Below are positions 52,155 to 61,422 of a stretch of 64,000 bases of DNA, in pieces. Each line of letters begins with the position of its first letter. The stretch's first letter is position 1. The notes beneath the pieces are model-generated. The model was not told the origin of the DNA, made no database searches, and saw only the letters and a program-made list of their open reading frames with translations. Both the position numbers and the translations under genes were made by a program. This stretch comes from Methanothrix sp. (GTDB lineage Archaea > Halobacteriota > Methanosarcinia > Methanotrichales > Methanotrichaceae), in assembly GCA_963682135.1 (NCBI GenBank), contig OY821645.1, forward strand, positions 2,400,001 to 2,464,000. Reading direction: 5' to 3'.

Positions 52155-53601
52155 AGTATATCTGGTGGGAGCCGGCCCTGGTGACCCCGAGCTCATGACC
52201 TTGAAGGCGAAAAGGCTGCTAGGCGATGCGGATGTGGTCTTATTCGATAGGCTGCTTGACCCCAGGATGCTGGAAGGAGTAAAGGCGGAATTAATCGACG
52301 TAGGAAAGAATGCCGGCAGGCATAAGCTGAATCAGGAAGGAATCAATTCGCTTCTTATCGAGAAGGCGCAGGCCGGAAATATTGTGGTTCGGCTGAAGGG
52401 TGGAGACCCCTACCTCTTTGGCCGGGGCGGGGAAGAGGCACTGGCCTTGCAAGAAAAAGGCATACCTTTTGAGGTTGTGCCCGGTGTGACATCTTCCATT
52501 GCCGCTCCTGAGCTCGCTGGAATTCCCGTGACCCATCGGGGTGTGGCCTCTTCGCTGGTCATTGTCACCGGTCACGAGGAGCCGGGAAAAGAGACCCCAT
52601 TGGACTGGGCGGCCATTGCCGCCCTGGGCGGAACTCTGGTTGTCCTGATGGGCGTCTCCCGTCTGGAGCAAAATGCAGCGGCCCTGATTGAAGCGGGAAA
52701 ATCGCCCCAGACTCCGGCGGCAATGGTGGAAAAGGGCGGCTGGCCGGAGCAGAGGATGATTAGCGCAACTCTGGCAGATATCGCAGAAAAGGCCAAAGAG
52801 GCAAGGATCGAGTCGCCGGCAATATTGGTAGTAGGCGAGGTGGTCTTGCTGGCTGAGAAATTAGGAAAAAAGAGAATCGCCATTCTTCGGCCTGCTGCTC
52901 AGCAAAAGGAGTCGGCAGCTCTTGCTGAAAGCTACGGTTTCTCACCTATCTCTGCCCCAGCTATTGCTCTTGCGAAAAAACCACTGCCGGATGATCTGCT
53001 GGAGAGGCTAAGCAAAGCAGAATGCGTGGCTTTTACCAGCGCTAATGGCGTGAATATGGCGCTGCACAGTCCCGACCTTCGAAAGGCATTGGCGGAGAAG
53101 ATGATCGTGGCCATTGGTCCCAAGACTGCCCAGGCTCTGGCTGTGCAGGGCTTGACTGCCCTGGTGCCTGAGGAGTACAGCTCGGAAGGAATGGAGAAAT
53201 TGCTGCGGGCAAGATGCAGGAGCATTCTCTTCCTGCGCAGCGCTCAGGGTAGCCTTTACCTCTCGGAAGGCTTGAAAGCGGCGGGGCTTAATGTTGATGA
53301 CATTGCCCTTTACGAGGTTGTACCATCCGGCGATCCCCTGCTGGACGAGCTGATAAAGAGGGCGAATAGCGTGGACATCTTTGCCTTCACCAGCTCATCG
53401 ACGGCTCGCTTTTTGATCGAAAGGGCAGGAGCGATGGGCCTGGAAAAGCAGCTTCGTCTGGCGCTCGCTGCCGGCACGGTGGCTGCTATCGGCAAGCCCA
53501 CTGCAGATGAGCTGGCCCGGCTGGGGGTGGAAGTGGACATAATGCCGGATAATTTCACATTTGAAGCTATGCTTGCTGTTTTGAGGGAGTTGACCCGATA
53601 A
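52141..53601 (+). CDS. cobA: Uroporphyrinogen-III C-methyltransferase / uroporphyrinogen-III synthase fusion (CobA-HemD)
   Basis: GAGPGDPEL, RLKGGDP, GIPVTHRG, then HemD motifs FTSANGV, AIGPKTA, FTSSST. Confidence 0.93.
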   Translation: MARGKVYLVGAGPGDPELMTLKAKRLLGDADVVLFDRLLDPRMLEGVKAELIDVGKNAGRHKLNQEGINSLLIEKAQAGNIVVRLKGGDPYLFGRGGEEALALQEKGIPFEVVPGVTSSIAAPELAGIPVTHRGVASSLVIVTGHEEPGKETPLDWAAIAALGGTLVVLMGVSRLEQNAAALIEAGKSPQTPAAMVEKGGWPEQRMISATLADIAEKAKEARIESPAILVVGEVVLLAEKLGKKRIAILRPAAQQKESAALAESYGFSPISAPAIALAKKPLPDDLLERLSKAECVAFTSANGVNMALHSPDLRKALAEKMIVAIGPKTAQALAVQGLTALVPEEYSSEGMEKLLRARCRSILFLRSAQGSLYLSEGLKAAGLNVDDIALYEVVPSGDPLLDELIKRANSVDIFAFTSSSTARFLIERAGAMGLEKQLRLALAAGTVAAIGKPTADELARLGVEVDIMPDNFTFEAMLAVLRELTR

Positions 53602-53602
53602 A

Positions 53603-54763
53603 ATGATAATATTCTCCAAAGCCCTGGCGGATCAGGCCACTGTTTGGGAAGCACTGCGCGCCTCTGAGTCGTGCCAGAATCTGCCGCCTGATTTGCTGCG
53701 GTTCTCGGCCCAGTCAAAACCTGTGGTGATGTGGAATTTGACAGCGCACTGCAATCTGGCCTGCCGGCATTGCTACATGGATGCCAGCCGCGAGGCCCGG
53801 GAGGAGATGTCTCTGGAAGAGGGCATACATCTGGTGGATGAACTGGCGGATATGAAGGTGCCCATCCTTATCTTTACCGGAGGAGAGCCCCTTCTCAGTC
53901 GCAATTTCTACGCCCTGGCCTTCCATGCCCGTGAGGTGGGGCTACGCACTGTCATCTCCACCAATGGAACCTTGATCACCCCGGAGGTGGCCAGGCTCCT
54001 GGCGGAGGCCAAGATCAGATACGTGGGAGTGAGCCTGGACGCGGCTAAGCCGGAGCAGCACGATGCCTTTCGGGGCGTGGCAGGAGCGCATGCCCGGGCC
54101 TTGCAGGGCATCAAAAACGCCCGCGATGCCGGACTGAAGACCGGGCTACGCATCACACTCACACGCGACAACTGGCAGGATGTTCCTGCTCTGCTCAGTC
54201 TGGCATTGCAGGAGGGTATCCCCAGATTCTGTCTTTATCACCTTGTCCCAACGGGCCGGGGAGCGGGCATGGCCGACAGGGACGTCACGCCCGAACAAAG
54301 ACGCAGCGTTATCCGTCTGCTGGCTGAGGCGGCAGAGGAGCTGAAAGGCGAAAACATCGAGATTCTGACCACTGACTCGCCTATGGATGGGGCCTATTTG
54401 CTGGAACTCTTAAAGGATGATCCCCGCAGCGAGAACGTGAGAAAGCTGCTCACCAATGCCGGAGGCTGCTCCACGGGAGTAAAGGTTGCCAATATCAATC
54501 AGCGAGGTGATGTGCATCCCTGTCATTTCATGCCTCAGGTGGTGGTGGGCAATGTGCGGGAGCGTACCTTCCGGGATATCTGGATAGATCATCCAACACC
54601 CGAGCTGCAGGGGCTGCGGGATATCAAGTCCAGACTCAAAGGCGCCTGTGGAAGTTGCCAGTACCTGGATTTGTGCGGAGGATGCCGCCAGAAGGCTTAC
54701 CACTATCATGGAGACATATTGGCCGAGGATCCTACCTGCATTCTGGAGCAGAAGAGCCTCTGA
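53603..54763 (+). CDS. ahbC: Radical SAM/SPASM protein, probable AhbC (Fe-coproporphyrin III synthase, alternative heme pathway)
   Basis: KPVVMWNLT.HCNLACRHCY, YVGVSLD, RFCLYHLV, SPASM cysteines; located in the tetrapyrrole operon. Confidence 0.8.
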   Translation: MIIFSKALADQATVWEALRASESCQNLPPDLLRFSAQSKPVVMWNLTAHCNLACRHCYMDASREAREEMSLEEGIHLVDELADMKVPILIFTGGEPLLSRNFYALAFHAREVGLRTVISTNGTLITPEVARLLAEAKIRYVGVSLDAAKPEQHDAFRGVAGAHARALQGIKNARDAGLKTGLRITLTRDNWQDVPALLSLALQEGIPRFCLYHLVPTGRGAGMADRDVTPEQRRSVIRLLAEAAEELKGENIEILTTDSPMDGAYLLELLKDDPRSENVRKLLTNAGGCSTGVKVANINQRGDVHPCHFMPQVVVGNVRERTFRDIWIDHPTPELQGLRDIKSRLKGACGSCQYLDLCGGCRQKAYHYHGDILAEDPTCILEQKSL

Positions 54764-54840
54764 TCAATTTCTATTTTTTTTCTATCGTTAACCGTAAGTT
54801 ATAATTATGATCAGCAGTTATAATAAATGGGGGCTGTAAA

Positions 54841-54960
54841 TTGACGCACCATGAAGAAAAGAAACCGAAGAAGGATGAGCCAGAAGCGAAGGTAGATCCA
54901 ATCAAGCTCGGTGATAAGAGGGGCGGAAAGAAGAAGGGCCTGCTCGATACATGCGAATAA
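54841..54960 (+). CDS. Small basic hypothetical protein (39 aa)
   Basis: TTG-started ORF MTHHEEKKPKKDEPEAKVDPIKLGDKRGGKKKGLLDTCE with upstream TATA-like sequence and downstream T-tract. Confidence 0.4.
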   Translation: MTHHEEKKPKKDEPEAKVDPIKLGDKRGGKKKGLLDTCE

Positions 54961-55029
54961 ACGATTTTACGCCAGTATAATTTTTTGCTTTCTCGTGAAT
55001 CTCTAAGATATTATCAATAAAAATTGTTT

Positions 55030-55296
55030 TTACGCCTCTATTTCGTCGACCTGCTTATGTGCATTAGGTAGAAAGTCATGAACGCTATCATTTCCTCTTA
55101 TATTTTCCACATCATATCCGGTTTCTATTGGAACCTTCGATTTCTTAATCCATCTCACGTTCGTTCGTTCGTACGTTTCTCCGGTCGAATAACACCTGAC
55201 CATTGGTGCGCCAATAAATTCTACCCGCAAGCCGCATAACGGGCAAATGGCTATCTCAGCTTCTCCCTTTTCATTCTTGCATTCTGTATTAAACAA
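55030..55296 (-). CDS. Hypothetical protein with CxxC
   Basis: 88-aa ORF, AGGAG RBS, CPLC. Confidence 0.45.
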   Translation of the reverse strand: MFNTECKNEKGEAEIAICPLCGLRVEFIGAPMVRCYSTGETYERTNVRWIKKSKVPIETGYDVENIRGNDSVHDFLPNAHKQVDEIEA

Positions 55297-55647
55297 GTTT
55301 TATTCTCCTTGACGTACTTTTCGTGTGGTGTTTCTAATGAGATACTTCAAAGCAGAAATCACCCAAAGATTTGATCACAATGCATATTCTGCATATTTTC
55401 TATTTAAGTTTGTTTATGAAAGATTCATAACTTTTCATAACGATCGTCTGTCATGGTTTTTTTATCAGCCTCAGCACGTAAGTATCTGATTATTTTTTCA
55501 TAATTTCGTCGTTGCTCGAAACAAGCTGCAACTTAGCTCGAATTGATTTAAAAACGATGACAATATACAAACCATTATAATGAATTTGTGAAATTTAGTA
55601 TACGTGCTACAAATACTGATAAACTGAAATACTAGCGAATAATTCAT

Positions 55648-56257
55648 ACAGATGGCCGCATATTTGTTGTAGGCGATAAGCCCAGGCGAAAAAGCCGCAA
55701 GCGTGCCGATTACCTGCTTTGCTTTACACGTGATTTCAAGATCGCCGTTGTCGAAGCTAAAGCAAAATACAAGAGCCCAAGCGAAGGGCTGCAGCAAGCC
55801 AAAGAGTATGCACTGATGCTGGGGCTGAAATTCGCCTATGCCACCAACGGAGAAGGTATCGTCGAATTCGACTTCACCACTGGAAAGGAATGTTTTAGGG
55901 AAGCATTTCCTTCCCCGCAGGAGCTGTGGTCGCGATATTGCCGGGCATCAAAAATTGAGGACGAGCAGACCAAAGGACGAATTCTATCCCCCTACTACCA
56001 CTCGCCGGGAAAGGCTGCTCGCTACTACCAGGAGATTGCTATCAATCGATCGATTGAGGCCATACTGCAGGGCAAAAAGCGCGTTCTTCTGACCATGGCC
56101 ACGGGAACCGGCAAGACCTTCGTGGCCTTCCAGATCTGCTGGAAGCTTTGGGAGTCCGGCTGGAATGCGCGGGCCGAGAAGCGACGCCCTAGAATTCTCT
56201 ATCTGGCAGACAGGAATATTCTCATCGATGATCCCAAGGACAAGACTTTCACGCCCT
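55648..56257 (+). pseudogene. hsdR: Type I restriction enzyme HsdR fragment (EcoAI/EcoEI-like), truncated at both ends
   Basis: TDGRI..RADYLL..VVEAK..GLQQAKEYA..ATNG, RYYQEIAINR, MATGTGKT, ILYLADRNIL; stops at the hsdS-end repeat. Confidence 0.88.
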
Positions 56258-56342
56258 CAAGCGCCAACATGGCAAGACCGCCGCCGCCCTGGATGCGCTC
56301 CTGCCAGCTGTGCTGGAGAGGGCCTTTCGGGGCGAGCTCTAG
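56251..56342 (+). repeat. hsdS 3'-end direct repeat, copy 1
   Basis: Encodes ALKRQHGKTAAALDALLPAVLERAFRGEL*, the conserved C-terminal helix of type I HsdS. Confidence 0.85.
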
Positions 56343-56364
56343 GCCAAGATGCGGATATATAACC

Positions 56365-56634
56365 ATGAGGACTGAAATATCCATGATGAGTGAAGATGCC
56401 AGCATCGTCATCACAGTCGATGACATAAAGACATTTGAAAGGCTAAAGCTCATCTCACAGATGGCTCCTGTCAAAGAAATAATCAACTCCTTTAAGAGGA
56501 AGTACGGCTGCGGCCTCAAAGCATTCGAGGATCGAATAGCACGCCTTCCGGAGGACTTCGAGCGCTGGGACGATTTTATTGAGTGGAAGGCCTATGCAGA
56601 CAGCTTGAGAGATCTTGAAAAGAGAGAAATATAA
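56365..56634 (+). CDS. Small antitoxin-like protein (cassette 1)
   Basis: ..FKRKYGC..FE....WDDFIEWKAY.. resembles TumA-like antitoxins; own TATATAA box at 56356. Confidence 0.55.
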   Translation: MRTEISMMSEDASIVITVDDIKTFERLKLISQMAPVKEIINSFKRKYGCGLKAFEDRIARLPEDFERWDDFIEWKAYADSLRDLEKREI

Positions 56635-56639
56635 GGCTC

Positions 56640-56732
56640 GACGCCCTCAAGCGCCACCAGGCACAGACCGCCGCCGAGCTGGACGCGCTCCTTCCGGCTG
56701 TACTGGAGAGGGCCTTTCGGGGCGAGCTTTGA
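56640..56732 (+). repeat. hsdS 3'-end direct repeat, copy 2
   Basis: Encodes DALKRHQAQTAAELDALLPAVLERAFRGEL*. Confidence 0.85.
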
Positions 56733-56779
56733 GGAAAAAGCTTACATCTTGCATTTGATGATACTATTACGAGGATCTC

Positions 56780-58078
56780 ATGGTTGAAGGAATCACGCGC
56801 ATCTCTGTGAAGGGTTTTAAGTCCCTGGCTGAAGAATGCTCCCTTGAAATTCGCCCTCTGACGATATTGGCAGGTGCTAACAGCTCAGGTAAGTCGAGCA
56901 TAATGCAGCCGCTCTTGATGATGAAGCAGACTCTGGAAGCGAGTTACGATCCAGGCCCGCTCTTGCTTGACGGTCCCAATGTTCGCTTCACATCAGCAGA
57001 TCAGTTTCTTTCTCGATCGGGTGGCCAAAACCAGGGGCAATTTAGCGTGGGGCTTGAGATCGATGGCGCGATTTCATTTTACGAAACCTTCATTCGCAAG
57101 GCGCAAGAAGGAATGGAGATCGCTGAAATATCATATAAAGTTAATAGCAAGACCACCATCCTACGGCCTGAAATGACACGAGACGTGATTATATCTCATC
57201 AACAGGAGAGAGGATTGCCTAAAGATTATCAAAATAAAAAGTCAGAGTTTCTTAGGGGCTCTCTTAAAATAGAACGGGATAGATGCTTTTTGGAGCAAAA
57301 ATTGAGAGGAGATATAGTATTAAGTTTTCGTGATTGTAATTTAAGATTAAATTTTTTTGGGTCGATTTTAAGTCTCGTTCATTTGCCCGCACTGCGAGGC
57401 AACCCCGAAAGAAACTATAAAAGGACCTCTGTTGGCCCCAGGTTTCCAGGAACCTTTGAGATTTATGCCGCCAGTATAATTCACAACTGGCAATCAACCA
57501 AAGATCCACGACTCAATTATATGGGAGCTGCCCTTGAATTACTGGGTTTGACCTGGAAGGTCGGCTCAAGACAGGTCGATGATGTGAGTTTTGAGGTGAT
57601 GGTCGGCCGTCTCATTCATCAAGAAGGAAAAGATACCAATGATTTAGTTAGCATTGCAGATGTTGGATTTGGTGTATCCCAAACCTTGCCGATTCTTGTC
57701 GCACTTCTTGCAGCAGAGCCTGGCCAGATGGTCTACATCGAACAGCCCGAGATTCACCTGCACCCGCGCGCCCAGATGGCAATGGCTCAGATCCTGGCGG
57801 AGGCTGCTAACCGGGGCGTCCGAGTCGTGGCGGAAACACATAGTTCCCTATTGCTCCTGGGCGTTCAATCTCTTGTAGCCGAAGGCAAGCTCTCTCCAGA
57901 TAAGGTCAAGCTTCATTGGTTTAAGAGAAGGCCGGAGGACGGCATTACAGAAGTCTCCAGCGCTGACTTAGACAAAGCAGGTGCCTTTGGCGATTGGCCG
58001 GAGGATTTCTCCTCGGCGGAGATGGACGCAGATACTCGTTATATTCATGCCGCGGAAACGAGACTGGAGTCCAATTGA
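56780..58078 (+). CDS. ABC/AAA_15-type ATPase (DUF3696-like C-terminus), cassette 2
   Basis: GFKS, GANSSGKSS, VGFGVSQTLP, IEQPEIHLHPRAQ, ETHS, WPEDF. Confidence 0.85.
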   Translation: MVEGITRISVKGFKSLAEECSLEIRPLTILAGANSSGKSSIMQPLLMMKQTLEASYDPGPLLLDGPNVRFTSADQFLSRSGGQNQGQFSVGLEIDGAISFYETFIRKAQEGMEIAEISYKVNSKTTILRPEMTRDVIISHQQERGLPKDYQNKKSEFLRGSLKIERDRCFLEQKLRGDIVLSFRDCNLRLNFFGSILSLVHLPALRGNPERNYKRTSVGPRFPGTFEIYAASIIHNWQSTKDPRLNYMGAALELLGLTWKVGSRQVDDVSFEVMVGRLIHQEGKDTNDLVSIADVGFGVSQTLPILVALLAAEPGQMVYIEQPEIHLHPRAQMAMAQILAEAANRGVRVVAETHSSLLLLGVQSLVAEGKLSPDKVKLHWFKRRPEDGITEVSSADLDKAGAFGDWPEDFSSAEMDADTRYIHAAETRLESN

Positions 58079-58602
58079 TGTCATCTGGGGATTCAAAGCG
58101 GTTGGTCATTGACGCCTCCGTTGCTACATCTACTGGCGAGAGAGGTGTGCGGGGAGAACGGTGCCAGGCCTTCCTGAGGATTATGATTGATGATACATAC
58201 CATCGCTTGGTGATGACGCGAGAGATCGGTGCTGAATGGGATATACATTCTCATCCCTTTGCTCGCCGCTGGCGAAGAAGCATGAATGCCAAGAGAAGAG
58301 TCGATCGGCCAAATGTCGATCATGATGACGTATTTTGCCTGAAGATTGAAAGAGCAAGTCAAACTGAAAAGGCACTTTGCGCTATGAAGAAGGATCTTCA
58401 TCTCATACAAGCTGCAAAAACAACAGACAAACGTGTTATTTCTCTGGACGATACTGCCAGAAACTATTTTTCTGAAGTCTCAATCCAGGTGGGCGAGCTG
58501 AGGGACATTCTGTGGGTAAATCCTGTTAATGATGACGAGACGCCGACAAAATGGTTGACGGACGGGGCTCCGAACGAGGAGCAACGACGACTTGGCACAT
58601 GA
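58078..58602 (+). CDS. PIN-like protein coupled to the ATPase (cassette 2)
   Basis: LVIDASVA..KDLHLIQAA..VISLDD..WVNP; TGATG overlap with the ATPase. Confidence 0.65.
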   Translation: MSSGDSKRLVIDASVATSTGERGVRGERCQAFLRIMIDDTYHRLVMTREIGAEWDIHSHPFARRWRRSMNAKRRVDRPNVDHDDVFCLKIERASQTEKALCAMKKDLHLIQAAKTTDKRVISLDDTARNYFSEVSIQVGELRDILWVNPVNDDETPTKWLTDGAPNEEQRRLGT

Positions 58603-58604
58603 CC

Positions 58605-58697
58605 GACGCTCTCAAGCGCCACCAGTCCGAGACCGCCGCCGCCCTGGATGCGCTCCTGCCGGCTGTGCTGGAGAGGGCCTTTCGGGGCGAGCTTTGA
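58605..58697 (+). repeat. hsdS 3'-end direct repeat, copy 3
   Basis: Encodes DALKRHQSETAAALDALLPAVLERAFRGEL*. Confidence 0.85.
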
Positions 58698-58803
58698 AGT
58701 AGCCGCTCGCATCATTTTGCATTTCCGGGATTACTCCGCAAGAAGAATACTTTCGCCCGGCACGCGGTGAGCTTTTATGGCATTAACTCACTTGTCCCTT
58801 TGA

Positions 58804-59346
58804 ATGTTAAAACAAATGCAGCGAGACGCCATTTTGCTCTCGCTGATGAATGAGATGAGAGCAAAAGGCAGTTGGTGCGGCGAGACTCACATCCAGAAAT
58901 CTGTGTATCTCCTGCAAGAACTGCTGGATGTACCAATGAATCTCGAGTTCATACTCTACAAGCATGGACCTTACTCATTCGATCTGGCCGATGCAGTCAC
59001 CGCCATGCGGGCGGATAACCTGCTTGAGTATAAATTGCGTCGTCCCTACGGGCCAAGCCTTATCCCTACAAAAACAGGCCAGAATTTCCTGAATCAGTAC
59101 CCTAAGACGCAGGAGAAATACGCCGAAAGAGCGCAATTTGTTGCCGAGAAGATCGGGAAGATAGGTGTTGCAGAGCTGGAGCGTCTGGCCACTGCCCTTT
59201 ACGTCACACTCAACGAGAAATGTGCAGGAAATTCACGAGCAATCTTGATTACGAAGCTGAAGCCTCATATCAAAATCGAAGAGGCCGAAAAAGCTCTGGA
59301 AAACGTTGATGCCATGATAAAAGAGGTTGCTGAAAAAGGATTGTGA
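58804..59346 (+). CDS. YwgA/SocA(Panacea)-like winged-helix protein (cassette 3)
   Basis: GETHIQKSVYLLQ..F..YKHGPYSFDL..LERLAT. Confidence 0.6.
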   Translation: MLKQMQRDAILLSLMNEMRAKGSWCGETHIQKSVYLLQELLDVPMNLEFILYKHGPYSFDLADAVTAMRADNLLEYKLRRPYGPSLIPTKTGQNFLNQYPKTQEKYAERAQFVAEKIGKIGVAELERLATALYVTLNEKCAGNSRAILITKLKPHIKIEEAEKALENVDAMIKEVAEKGL

Positions 59347-59360
59347 AGTGGGCTGCATAC

Positions 59361-59571
59361 ATGAATTTCATGGTTGTTCTTTAGGAAGCAGAAGATGGTG
59401 GCTACATAGTAAGCTGCCCGGCACTTCCCGGATGCCGCTCCCAGGGCGATAGCATTGGAAGAAGCCTTGGAGAACATCAAAGAGGTGATAGAAGGCTGCG
59501 TGCAGTCTCTGGCGGAAGAGCGAACGAGGCTGCTGGGCGCTCCTGGTAGAATCGTAGAAGTAGCAGTCTGA
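59361..59571 (+). pseudogene. hicB: HicB antitoxin pseudogene
   Basis: MNFMVVL*EAEDGGYIVSCPALPGCRSQGDS/EEALENIKEVIEGC..; in-frame TAG and a frameshift. Confidence 0.75.
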
Positions 59572-59772
59572 TTTCCGATGCTGAAAATGGCAGACGCTGA
59601 TTCCTCCGAGATTTATATTGACTACAGGCCGTATTTCTTTCGCGTCTCGCTCCATGCCTTCTCTCTTGCGGTTTCCAGCTCCATCAGGTCATCCTTGGTA
59701 AGGGAAAGCTCCTCCTTGCATCTCTGAAGGATCACAGATATATCCTATTGCTGCCATAACGTCACCTTAGTT

Positions 59773-60351
59773 ATGTATGCAATCATTGCTTGCGGCATCT
59801 TTGAAAAGGAGATCGAAGCTCTGCGCAGAGAGCTGGGATTTCCCTTTGAGGCCCACTATCTGGGAGCAGGCCTGCACGTAGACTTCGACGATCTCAAAGG
59901 AGCTCTGGTGGCAGAGCTGGAGAAGTGCCGGAAAAATGGAAATGAGGGCATGATAGTAGTATACGGCCAGTGCCACCCAAATATTGAAGAAATCTTAAGG
60001 CCCTACCATGCGTCGCTTGTAGCGTGCCAGAATTGTGTGGACGCCTTCATCACCCGCAAGGGAATGGAGACGAAGGCCAGGGATGGGCTCTTCTTCTACC
60101 TCTCTCCCGGCTGGCTGGATGCCTGGAAGGACATCTTCCGCCGCCTGAACTGGGACCAGGAGGCAGCCAGGATGCAGATGGGCTCATTTCGGGGATTTGT
60201 TTACCTCGACACTCTGAAAGATGCGCAAGAACGCGAGGAAGAGCTATTGGAATTCTTTGATTTCACTAACCTGCCCTTCGAGATTATGCCCGTAGATCTG
60301 GGCTACTTCAAATCCCTCATAGTCAAGGCCAAAGAAAGATTGGAGGATTGA
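59773..60351 (+). CDS. DUF1638 domain protein
   Basis: IACGIFEKEI, GLH, YGQCHP, NCVD, FYLSPGW. Confidence 0.8.
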   Translation: MYAIIACGIFEKEIEALRRELGFPFEAHYLGAGLHVDFDDLKGALVAELEKCRKNGNEGMIVVYGQCHPNIEEILRPYHASLVACQNCVDAFITRKGMETKARDGLFFYLSPGWLDAWKDIFRRLNWDQEAARMQMGSFRGFVYLDTLKDAQEREEELLEFFDFTNLPFEIMPVDLGYFKSLIVKAKERLED

Positions 60352-60761
60352 GCTTGGACGAGTTGGAAGAGATAAAGAGGAAGAAAATGGAGCAGATGAA
60401 AAAAGAGATGAGCGCACCCGCTAAACCGACCGTAGAGCTGCCTGATAAACCCGTCGTTGTCACTGACGCGACTATTGATGCAGCAGCCAGCCAGTATCCT
60501 ATCTTCATCCTGGACTGCTGGGCGGAGTGGTGCGGACCATGTCGCACCATCGGGCCGATTATCGAGCAACTCGCTAAGGAGATGAAGGGAAAGGTCGTCT
60601 TCGGCAAGCTGAACATCGATGAGAATATGCAAACCGCCAACAAGTACAGGATCTCGGCGATTCCTACTCTGATGGTCTTCAAGGATGGCAAACTCATCGA
60701 TAAGCTAGTGGGGGCCTATCCCAAGCCGGCATTGGCTGCAAAAATTCAAAGGTTCCTCTGA
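60348..60761 (+). CDS. trxA: Thioredoxin
   Basis: WAEWCGPC, AIPTL, VGAYPK. Confidence 0.95.
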   Translation: MSLDELEEIKRKKMEQMKKEMSAPAKPTVELPDKPVVVTDATIDAAASQYPIFILDCWAEWCGPCRTIGPIIEQLAKEMKGKVVFGKLNIDENMQTANKYRISAIPTLMVFKDGKLIDKLVGAYPKPALAAKIQRFL

Positions 60762-60831
60762 AAGGTCTGAGAGCTTTCCTTTCGAGGATCCTCTCTTCGA
60801 TTACCTTTATGGCATTTTTCTTCTTTTTCCA

Positions 60832-61422
60832 TCAAGGTATGCTATTTACAGTCTTGATATTGGGATAGCCGGAGATGCTGTAAACCGGTTTGGACGAAAT
60901 AGTGCCGGGTACTTCGTAAAGGGGCTTGGTTCTTGAGTATTGACTGATATTGTAAAGGGGCTTATAATTGTCGGTGTTATAGGTGAATTGAGATACATTT
61001 CCCAGGCGCGAGCTTACATCAAATGGGGCGCTTTGGGATGCACGAAATGGTATATTGTATGTGGATTTGTTGCCGTACACATCCAGATTGTTTACGGGCT
61101 TGGTCTTCTCGAAGCCTGCCCGAAGAACCTTGCTGTGAGTGGGGGCGTTTCCAGTACCCAATTGGGTGGCGGCGGGGGCGCTTTCTGGGCTATCATCTGC
61201 AGGCTTGGTTATTGTAGCATTGGGGGTAGCAGCCGGCACCAGGCTCTCAGTGAGATTCGTTGTCGCATTTAGCATGATGCTGGTCGTGGCGTTTTGTGTC
61301 CCGTTTTGCGTTGTGTTCGCGGTGGCATTCTGACTTTCTTCTGCAGTTGTGGCCGGCATTAAAAATACCAGCAGCGCTAGCATGCAGATAAGACTAACAA
61401 GGTTTTTTTGCATGGTATTCAT
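60832..61422 (-). CDS. Secreted Thr/Asn-rich hypothetical protein
   Basis: Signal peptide, many N-x-T sequons, repeated (K)P(V/L)Y motifs. Confidence 0.65.
   Translation of the reverse strand: MNTMQKNLVSLICMLALLVFLMPATTAEESQNATANTTQNGTQNATTSIMLNATTNLTESLVPAATPNATITKPADDSPESAPAATQLGTGNAPTHSKVLRAGFEKTKPVNNLDVYGNKSTYNIPFRASQSAPFDVSSRLGNVSQFTYNTDNYKPLYNISQYSRTKPLYEVPGTISSKPVYSISGYPNIKTVNSIP

Noticed and set aside
55816-56634. 272-aa ORF as a single real protein
   Set aside because: Chance in-frame read-through of the hsdR fragment, the off-frame hsdS repeat and cassette 1, which has its own TATA box
56251-58697. Repeats as a CRISPR array
   Set aside because: Repeats are about 92 bp and protein-coding-derived, spacers are gene-sized, and there are no cas genes
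59382-59384. In-frame TAG in hicB as pyrrolysine recoding
   Set aside because: The same gene also has a frameshift, so simple pseudogenisation explains it
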